Shown here: in pieces, positions 33,267 through 39,566 of the stretch
Layout of the letters: every line of letters begins with the position of its first letter
How positions within the stretch are numbered: position 1 is the stretch's first letter
Origin: Candidatus Cloacimonas sp. SDB
GTDB lineage: Bacteria > Cloacimonadota > Cloacimonadia > Cloacimonadales > TCS61
Length of the DNA stretch: 39,566 bases
Direction: 5' to 3'
Assembly (NCBI GenBank): GCA_001412425.1
Contig: LKUH01000174.1
Span: forward strand, 1 to 39,566
Position numbers and translations under genes: made by a program
Notes under the pieces: model-generated
Told to the model about the DNA's origin: nothing
What the model saw: the letters and a program-made list of their open reading frames with translations, nothing else
The model's database searches: none

Positions 33267-34457
33267 GTGAATAATATCGTAGTCCAGAAATTCGGTGGTA
33301 CATCTTTAAATAATCAAAAGAACCGGGTCAAAGTCGCTGAACATATAAAAAAATGTAAAGATGACGGTAATGTGCCCGTTGTTATTGTATCTGCAGCCGG
33401 AAGGCTGGGCGACCATTATTCTACTGACACGCTGCTGTCTCTGCTCAAAGAAACATCATCCAGAAATTTACCGCGAGAACAGGATCTTATGCTCTCCTGC
33501 GGTGAAATCATTTCCGCCTGCCTGCTGGTTTATACTCTGGCAGATAAGAATATTAAGGCTTCCGTTCTCACCGGCGCCCAGGCTGGAATTATTACGGATG
33601 GCAAATTCAATAATTCCCGGGCGATCTATCTTGATCCACAGAGTATTCTGCAACTGCTGAAGCAAAATATAGTGCCGGTTATCGCCGGCTATCAGGGAAT
33701 TTCAGTCGCAGGTGAAGTAACTACCCTGGGGAGGGGTGGAAGCGATACTTCCGCAGCTCTGATCGCCTCTGTGCTGCAGGCTGGCAGTATTGAAATATAC
33801 TCCGATGTGGACGGTGTGATGACGGCAGATCCCCGTTTAGTGAAAGATCCTGAAGTAATAGATAAACTAGATTTTGAAGACCTGTTCGAGCTTTCCATTC
33901 AGGGTGCCAGAATAATACATCCCCGTGCCGCTGAGATCGCTAAAAATGCCGGAATCCCTATCAAAGTCAAATCAACCTTCAGCGGGGTTCATAAGACTAC
34001 TATCCATACTGTGAAGACTGACAGACCGATCGTTGCTATCGTGAACAGAGATAATATTGCTTACGTAAAAATTATTTCCAGCGATCCCGTTTCCTATCAG
34101 AGAGCTCTAAAAGTTTTTTCTTATCTTTCAAAAGAAAATATCAGTGTCGATTTCATAGATATCAGACCCGAAGCAATTACTTTTGTAGTTGATGAATTCA
34201 TGATCTTTCAGGTTTCAGAAATTCTTTCCGAGAAGAATATTGACAATCAGATAAGTCTGGAATATAGTATGATATCGGTTGTGGGTGCGGGGATGACAGG
34301 TCTTCCCGGAATAATGAGTAAAATTGTAGAGACGCTGCAGCGGGAAGAAGTGAACATTTTGCAGACGACAGATTCTCACAGCTCAATTTCGATTTTGATC
34401 AGTAAAGATCAGGAACATAAAGCAGTAAATGCTTTACACAGTGTTTTTGATCTGTAG
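33267..34457 (+). CDS. lysC: Aspartate kinase (monofunctional, with C-terminal ACT domains)
   Basis: The GTG start follows AAGGGA. Motifs are VVQKFGGTSL, PVVIVSA, TLGRGGSDTSAA and IYSDVDGVMTADPR. The tail VVGAGM...ISILI is ACT-like. The gene starts 12 nt after asd. Confidence 0.9.
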   Translation: MNNIVVQKFGGTSLNNQKNRVKVAEHIKKCKDDGNVPVVIVSAAGRLGDHYSTDTLLSLLKETSSRNLPREQDLMLSCGEIISACLLVYTLADKNIKASVLTGAQAGIITDGKFNNSRAIYLDPQSILQLLKQNIVPVIAGYQGISVAGEVTTLGRGGSDTSAALIASVLQAGSIEIYSDVDGVMTADPRLVKDPEVIDKLDFEDLFELSIQGARIIHPRAAEIAKNAGIPIKVKSTFSGVHKTTIHTVKTDRPIVAIVNRDNIAYVKIISSDPVSYQRALKVFSYLSKENISVDFIDIRPEAITFVVDEFMIFQVSEILSEKNIDNQISLEYSMISVVGAGMTGLPGIMSKIVETLQREEVNILQTTDSHSSISILISKDQEHKAVNALHSVFDL

Positions 34458-34501
34458 TGTGTGAGCAGGAAAAAATCCTTTGAATCGAGACAGGAGTTAG
34501 T

Positions 34502-34984
34502 ATGAAAAAAATACCTGATAATGCTGAAAAAATAATTGAAGATAAGGAATTACTTAAATTTCTTCTTTCTATAGAAATTTTCAATAATCTTACAAAACCG
34601 GAAAGGAAAAATCTGCGGAAGTACATCTATGTAAGAAATTTTAAAAAAGCTGAAATAGTCTTTAAAAAAGGGTACCCCGATGTGGTATTTTATGTTGTAA
34701 AATCGGGTAAATTAAAAGTATATCTGGACAAAGGTGAAGGCGATATGGAAGTAAACATCCTGCAGTCCAAAGATTTTGTCGGAGAAATGGCATTATTTAT
34801 GAATGAAAACAGAACCGCATCGGTAACTGCTCTGGAAGATTCTGTTCTACTGGCTATTTCTAAACGTGATTTTACTGAATTCATTGCAAAATTTCCCCGA
34901 GCAGGAACAAAAATATTGTATAAATTGGGAGCAATACTCTGTGAACATATTATGAAGTTAAATAATAAAATTTCCGGAGAATAG
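34502..34984 (+). CDS. Stand-alone cyclic-nucleotide-binding (CAP effector-type) domain protein, no DNA-binding domain
   Basis: The phosphate-binding cassette context is FVGEMALFMNENRTASVTALEDSVLLAISKRDF. At 160 aa there is no C-terminal HTH. Confidence 0.8.
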   Translation: MKKIPDNAEKIIEDKELLKFLLSIEIFNNLTKPERKNLRKYIYVRNFKKAEIVFKKGYPDVVFYVVKSGKLKVYLDKGEGDMEVNILQSKDFVGEMALFMNENRTASVTALEDSVLLAISKRDFTEFIAKFPRAGTKILYKLGAILCEHIMKLNNKISGE

Positions 34985-34986
34985 AA

Positions 34987-36051
34987 ATGGAACGGCCCAA
35001 GTTAATCCGGCTGATATTGTTTATCTTAAGTGTATTGCTGATTATAGCTTCAATTTTATTTTACCAGCACATAATTTCCTATCTCATTGTTGCTTTTATA
35101 ATAGCCTATTTATTATCTCCCATCATCAATTATGCCGAGATTTATAATATTTCCAGAACAGTTTCAATTCTTATTGTCTACGTCATCTTGGCTGTCCTGC
35201 TGGTTATCATTTCTAATGTGGTGATTCCGCAACTGGTAAATCAGACAGTTGATTTTTTCAATGTATTGACCAGCGTTATAGAACAAGATGATCCCTTCAG
35301 CATCCATTCCCTCCAGATCAAAGGTCTTTCTGAATTTATCAGAAGCCTGGAATCAAAATTTCCCTCAATAGAAGTGGATAATGAATTGAAGAATTTACTC
35401 GATCGTGATAAATTTAACAGCTTGATAGGTCAAATTCCACTTTTCTTTAAAAGCATCGTCAACCTTATTGCCTTTCTTATTGTCGTGCCTGTCATCACTT
35501 TTTTTGTGCTTAAAGATGAAAGATATTTTATCAGAACGATTTTTTCCAGTATCAGTAACAGGTACTTCGAATTTTCCCTGCACCTCTGGGAGGAAATTGA
35601 GTCCAGCTTTGGAAAATTCTTTCGAGCACTGTTAATTGAAACCCTGCTGGTGGCAGCTATGTCCATTGCCGGCCTGCTTATCCTGAAAATTCCCAATGCT
35701 ATAATACTGGGACTTTTCTGCGGTTTGACCAATCCCATAAAATATTTCGGACCTTTTATTGGAGCAATACCCACAATGCTGATCATTCTGCTGGGACCGA
35801 CACCCGATATTTATGTTTTCTATGCAGCAATTGTATTTATTATCGTGCAGCAGGTTGACAGTCTGATACTTTTTCCCTGGCTGGTAGGAAAAAGTATGAA
35901 TATGCATCCCCTCTGGGTTTTACTTACAGTTATTGCCGGAGGTTATGCTTTCGGTATATTGGGAATGATCTTTGCCGTCCCGGTAGTTTTCCTCATCAAA
36001 ACAGTTATTGTTGTTTCACATAAAAGTTTAAAACAATTTGAAATTATTTAA
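34987..36051 (+). CDS. AI-2E family transporter (PerM/UPF0118)
   Basis: The ATG is 2 nt after the upstream stop. The protein has about 8 TM segments. The conserved C-terminal region is typical of the family: NPIKYFGPFIGAIP, VQQVDSLILFPWLVGKSMNMHPLWVLL and GILGMIFAVP. Confidence 0.85.
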   Translation: MERPKLIRLILFILSVLLIIASILFYQHIISYLIVAFIIAYLLSPIINYAEIYNISRTVSILIVYVILAVLLVIISNVVIPQLVNQTVDFFNVLTSVIEQDDPFSIHSLQIKGLSEFIRSLESKFPSIEVDNELKNLLDRDKFNSLIGQIPLFFKSIVNLIAFLIVVPVITFFVLKDERYFIRTIFSSISNRYFEFSLHLWEEIESSFGKFFRALLIETLLVAAMSIAGLLILKIPNAIILGLFCGLTNPIKYFGPFIGAIPTMLIILLGPTPDIYVFYAAIVFIIVQQVDSLILFPWLVGKSMNMHPLWVLLTVIAGGYAFGILGMIFAVPVVFLIKTVIVVSHKSLKQFEII

Positions 36052-36105
36052 AATCCAGCAACTTTTACCGGGAAATATGAGCAGACTGGTGTAATAGGAG
36101 GTCAC

Positions 36106-37785
36106 ATGAAAATTATTGTACTGTTAACAGTTATCATACTTTTGTTTCAATTCAGGCTTGAAGCCAGAAATCCTGCTGAACTGGAAGAATTTCTGCAGGA
36201 TATCAGCCGGCAGAGTCAGCAGTTTAAAAATTCTCCTGACCACCTTTCCTATAAGTCGGAAAGAACTGTCAGGGACTATCAGGTAGGGGATGAAGAAGTA
36301 TTCTGGAGCTGGGCTCTTAACGTAATGCCGCCGGATTGGATGCAGACACCTGCAACCTGCAGAGCTGTGGGAGAATATTGCTATCTTTTTGTTGCAGATG
36401 ATCAATGGAACCTGCATATGGAGCAGACCGATGTTGATGAAATTATGCCTTATCTGGAAGAATACACCATGAACAGTGATCAATACGGTGCCATAGAGAT
36501 GGACATCATTAATTTTGGACCCATTCCCGATGAACTCGATAATGATCCGAAAGTTATTGTATTCTACATGGAACTGGGATCTTTTGGCGGATCAACTTTT
36601 GACGGATATTTCAGCTCCTACAATCAGGTAACGGAAGCAGAAGCGCAGAATATGAATCCTCCCGGACATAGCAATGAATGTGAAATGATCTATATGACCT
36701 GTTATCCTCTGCAGCCGGCAGATCCTATTAGAATATCTGTTCTCTCGCATGAATTGCAGCATCTCATCCACTGGGGTGCTGATCTTAACGAGTCCACCTG
36801 GGTGAATGAAGGCTGTTCTGAACTGGCTATGGTCCTGTTCGGACTTCCCGATCCGATAACCGGTTTTCCAAATAATCCGGATAATTCTCTGATCACCTGG
36901 AACCAGCAATTTGCCGATTATGTTAAAACCATGCTCTTCTTCACTTATCTGAAGGAACATTTCGGTGATAATAACTTGATAGCTGACATTGTTGCTGACC
37001 CTGCCAACTCCATCACAGGAATCCAGAATCAGTTGATCGAACACGGCTTTATGATCCCGTTTGAAGGCATTTTTAACAATTGGACAATTGCAAATTATCT
37101 GGATGATCCCGCTGTAGCCGAAGGTCAGTATTGTTATGACCTGCTTGACCTGCCTGCCTTCAATCACAGTGCCTTTGTATCATCCTTCCCTTATTCAGGC
37201 AGCGGCAGCGTTAATGCCTGGGCAGCAGAATACATCAGAGTGAACACAAATAACCTTGATGCAGGCTCGACCCTGACCTTGAACTTTGAAACAGCAGATG
37301 ATTGCGGTTTTACCATTCTGTATTATGAAGACAACGAAACACTTGCTCTGCTTAATTCAATAATCGTTGATGGTGATTTTGAATTGCAGCTGCTGGAATC
37401 GGAAGAATCATATTATAAAATCGTCCTGGTGATCTCCAATAATGATTATAGTTCCTTTTCTTACAATTACAGTCTGGAGACTCAGGGTGTTCAGGTCGGG
37501 GAAGAGACAATACAGAGTGATTTTATTACAATTACAGGTTATCCTAATCCTGTTTCCAGTTTCTCAACTTCTGTCACTTTTAATATCAGTAATTCAGCTT
37601 CTTCCGCTAAATTAGAAATTTTCAATATCAAAGGTCAGAAGATCAGAGAGCTTCATCAATCAGCCGCAGGGCAGCTTGTCTGGGATCTAACCGATCAATA
37701 TAACAGGTCAGTACCCGATGGCGTTTACCTTTACCGGCTTGCCAATGAAGCTTCGATACCACAAAAAATTTTACTGATGAAATAA
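36106..37785 (+). CDS. Secreted zinc metallopeptidase (HExxH...NEGxSE, gluzincin-like) with T9SS C-terminal domain
   Basis: An AGGAGG RBS and a signal peptide are present. The zinc motif HELQHLIHWGADLNESTWVNEGCSE resembles the HExxH-Xn-(N)E arrangement of MA(E) clan peptidases. The C-terminus is GYPNPVSSFSTSVTF...IFNIKGQKI...DGVYLYRL. Confidence 0.6.
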   Translation: MKIIVLLTVIILLFQFRLEARNPAELEEFLQDISRQSQQFKNSPDHLSYKSERTVRDYQVGDEEVFWSWALNVMPPDWMQTPATCRAVGEYCYLFVADDQWNLHMEQTDVDEIMPYLEEYTMNSDQYGAIEMDIINFGPIPDELDNDPKVIVFYMELGSFGGSTFDGYFSSYNQVTEAEAQNMNPPGHSNECEMIYMTCYPLQPADPIRISVLSHELQHLIHWGADLNESTWVNEGCSELAMVLFGLPDPITGFPNNPDNSLITWNQQFADYVKTMLFFTYLKEHFGDNNLIADIVADPANSITGIQNQLIEHGFMIPFEGIFNNWTIANYLDDPAVAEGQYCYDLLDLPAFNHSAFVSSFPYSGSGSVNAWAAEYIRVNTNNLDAGSTLTLNFETADDCGFTILYYEDNETLALLNSIIVDGDFELQLLESEESYYKIVLVISNNDYSSFSYNYSLETQGVQVGEETIQSDFITITGYPNPVSSFSTSVTFNISNSASSAKLEIFNIKGQKIRELHQSAAGQLVWDLTDQYNRSVPDGVYLYRLANEASIPQKILLMK

Positions 37786-37793
37786 GGAATTTT

Positions 37794-38432
37794 ATGAAAT
37801 ACAAATTTGTTTACATCCTCATAATGGTAATATCCATCACGTCTGTTGCTGCAACTGAGATTATCTCGGCAGAACAGGATGCCAATAACAGAAAATATCT
37901 GATCAACCTGAATGACAATATTCTCACTACAATACAAATGTTGCAGGCTTTTAACTATCAGGGTCAGGAGATTTATCTGATTCAGAATGGAGATTATTAT
38001 AACTCCCTGCTGCTGGATTTCACCATGCAGTGCAGTAATCTGATAGAAAATATCAGGCAGGCGGAAGAGTTGAACCCGCTGGATAGAGATCTGCAGGTAC
38101 GGGCATTAATCGCCACCATTAAACCTGATGTTGAATTTGATGAGACTGAAATTAGTCCCAAACAGAAAGTTCAGAACAGAAATTTTCTAAAAAATGCTGA
38201 AATTCAACTACAGTACCGTCTTAAAAGTATTCTGGCAGCTATTATTGAAGAGGAAAAGGAGATCCTGAATAAAGGTGAGGTTACTCAGAAATATTTCCAG
38301 CTGCATACTCATCATTTTCTGTTTTCACTCCTGGAAGATTTTATTGCTCCTTCAGATCTGCTGAGTGCTTCAAATGAAAAATATCTGATCGCCATTGTTC
38401 AATCTATTGATGAAGCCTTACAGCAAAACTGA
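37794..38432 (+). CDS. Hypothetical exported or membrane-anchored helical protein
   Basis: An AAGGAA RBS precedes the start and the N-terminus is hydrophobic (FVYILIMVISITSVAA). I recognise no motif. The stop overlaps the next start as TGATG. Confidence 0.5.
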   Translation: MKYKFVYILIMVISITSVAATEIISAEQDANNRKYLINLNDNILTTIQMLQAFNYQGQEIYLIQNGDYYNSLLLDFTMQCSNLIENIRQAEELNPLDRDLQVRALIATIKPDVEFDETEISPKQKVQNRNFLKNAEIQLQYRLKSILAAIIEEEKEILNKGEVTQKYFQLHTHHFLFSLLEDFIAPSDLLSASNEKYLIAIVQSIDEALQQN

Positions 38433-39019
38433 TGCAGCAGATCATTGAAAAATCCTTCTCTGGTCTGGGTAGGGTGGAATTTCATCTTAACCGGAAAATT
38501 TCCCGGATCATTATCAGAATGAAACCCTTTAAAAATATATCTGTGTCGGTTCCCAGGGGAACTGGTATTATTGCAGCCGAAAAATTCCTGGTGCAGAAAA
38601 ATGACTGGATCCTGAAAAATATTTGCAGGATCAGAAGTTATGAGAAAAAAGTTGTGGCAGAACAGCAAAATGTAAAAGAAATAGATGAAGACCAGGCAAA
38701 ACTTCAACTGCTGAACAGAACTGCAGAACTGGCTGCTGAATTTAATTTCCAGTTTAACCGGATAACTGTCAGAAGGCAGAAAACCAGATGGGGAAGCTGC
38801 TCTTTGAAAAAAAATATCAATCTGAATATTAATCTCATCCATCTACCTTACGACTTAATTGACTACGTGATAATACATGAGCTGGTTCATACCACAATTC
38901 ACAATCACAGCAGCAGATTCTGGGAAGAATTGAGTAAATATGTTAAAGATCCTGAAAAAAAGAGCAGATCATTAAAAAAATATCAATATCTTTTATATAT
39001 GTCAAAAAATAAGGAATAA
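38432..39019 (+). CDS. YgjP-like metal-dependent hydrolase (DUF45 / M48-SprT-like)
   Basis: The sequences RWGSCS...INLN..L and DYVIIHELVHTTIHNHSSRFWEEL (an HExxH followed by NHS..FW) are the hallmark of the YgjP/DUF45 family. Confidence 0.8.
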   Translation: MQQIIEKSFSGLGRVEFHLNRKISRIIIRMKPFKNISVSVPRGTGIIAAEKFLVQKNDWILKNICRIRSYEKKVVAEQQNVKEIDEDQAKLQLLNRTAELAAEFNFQFNRITVRRQKTRWGSCSLKKNINLNINLIHLPYDLIDYVIIHELVHTTIHNHSSRFWEELSKYVKDPEKKSRSLKKYQYLLYMSKNKE

Positions 39020-39021
39020 AC

Positions 39022-39291
39022 ATGAAATATCTGATTTATGTCATCATTCTGGCCATCGGTGCCGGTCTGGGCTACCTTTATTACAAATTCATCGGCTGCC
39101 GGACAGGCGGTTGAGCTCTTACTTCAAACGTTTGGTTAAGCGTTTTCTGGGGAGCCCTTTTACTGTTTCTGCTACTAACACCACTGGCAGATAAATATCT
39201 GAAAAATTCTCAAACTGGTAATAGTATGAAAAATTATACTGAAACAACTGATGGAAACAAACTCGATCAATCCTCTGATCATTCGAATTGA
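39022..39291 (+). CDS. Candidate selenoprotein: small two-helix membrane protein with in-frame TGA (C-x4-U), 89 codons if read through
   Basis: The ATG follows AAGGAA and lies 2 nt after the ygjP-like stop. The ORF MKYLIYVIILAIGAGLGYLYYKFIGCRTGG meets TGA at 39112. The same frame then continues ALTSNVWLSVFWGALLLFLLLTPLA... and stays open to TGA 39289. From memory, the core resembles the GCxSGxCxITSNP motif of small DUF6132-type membrane proteins, with the TGA aligned to the second Cys. Confidence 0.45.
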
Positions 39292-39401
39292 TAATACAAA
39301 AATTTCAGTTTCTTAACTGTTGAAATTAAAATCAGCTGACTGCAATTTGTTTCAGAAATTTTTTTTATGAAATTAAAATATAAGAACTGTCGGGAGAAAG
39401 A

Positions 39402-39566
39402 ATGATCAAAGATATTATTAAGAAAAATAGAAGTTTTCGCAGATTTAAAGGTGAAAAAAAGATTTCGAACGATCTTTTACTGGAATTGATCGATTTTGCC
39501 CGTTACTGCCCTTCAGCTGCCAATAGACAGGTTATCAGATTTTTTCCAGTCAATGATAGCTCAACT
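39402..39566 (+). CDS. Nitroreductase family protein (5' fragment, runs off the window)
   Basis: A GGGAGAAAG RBS precedes the start. MIKDIIKKNRSFRRFKGEK...LLELIDFARYCPSAANRQ matches the N-terminal RRSxRxF and APSAxNxQ motifs of nitroreductases. Confidence 0.7.
   Translation, partial: MIKDIIKKNRSFRRFKGEKKISNDLLLELIDFARYCPSAANRQVIRFFPVNDSST

Noticed and set aside
39112-39114. Global reassignment of TGA (genetic code 4 or 25) as an explanation for the in-frame TGA.
   Set aside because: TGA terminates several well-supported genes in this window at the expected protein ends, including the FecR-like gene, both receiver genes, the SpoVG-like ORF and the 37794-38432 gene. A site-specific recoding event, or a genuinely short ORF, is more likely.
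39292-39401. A/T-only inverted repeats (AATTTC...GAAATT and AATTT-gtttcag-AAATT followed by a T-run), considered as a terminator after the small membrane-protein gene.
   Set aside because: The stems consist only of A-T pairs and are 5-6 bp long, too weak to call an intrinsic terminator with confidence.

Overview
This is a 39.6-kb, visibly AT-rich, gene-dense chromosomal segment with about 36 protein genes and one tRNA. I found no transposase, integrase, phage genes or CRISPR array. Four secreted proteins end in a T9SS-type C-terminal sorting domain (NYPNPFNP...IYNLKGQ...SG.Y.CRL). Together with the housekeeping gene content, this suggests an uncultivated FCB-superphylum bacterium, possibly Cloacimonadota-like; that assignment is inference only.

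Gene order, left to right:
- FecR-like protein, outer-membrane barrel and CHASE2 adenylate cyclase, translationally coupled to pyrR
- SIMPL protein
- htpG, preceded by a CIRCE operator
- ogt and tRNA-Gly(CCC)
- A minus-strand pair of T9SS cargo genes: an FG-GAP propeller and a large metallophosphoesterase
- Divergent from that pair, a sigma-54 NtrC-type response regulator, then two stand-alone receiver proteins and a small ORF
- Secreted cyclophilin and a beta-helix protein
- M16 peptidase and an FGase-family protein
- A lamin-tail/OB-fold protein and an endonuclease I protein
- Tandem ATP-type and PPi-type phosphofructokinases
- A SpoVG-like ORF, hflX, an aminotransferase, asd and lysC
- A cNMP-binding protein and an AI-2E transporter
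- A T9SS metallopeptidase, a hypothetical protein and a YgjP-like hydrolase
- A small membrane-protein gene interrupted by an in-frame TGA
- The 5' end of a nitroreductase gene

Observations most worth a second look:
1. A probable selenocysteine (C-x4-U) small membrane protein that the ORF track misses.
2. A 72-74-aa FN3-like C-terminal module shared by three secreted proteins that lack the T9SS domain.
3. An extracellular nucleic-acid capture and degradation gene set.
4. A FecR/OMP/CHASE2-cyclase trans-envelope module.
5. An NtrC-type activator flanked by a 17-bp palindrome and two weak candidate sigma-54 promoters.

All family assignments come from motif recognition by eye. No database search was run.
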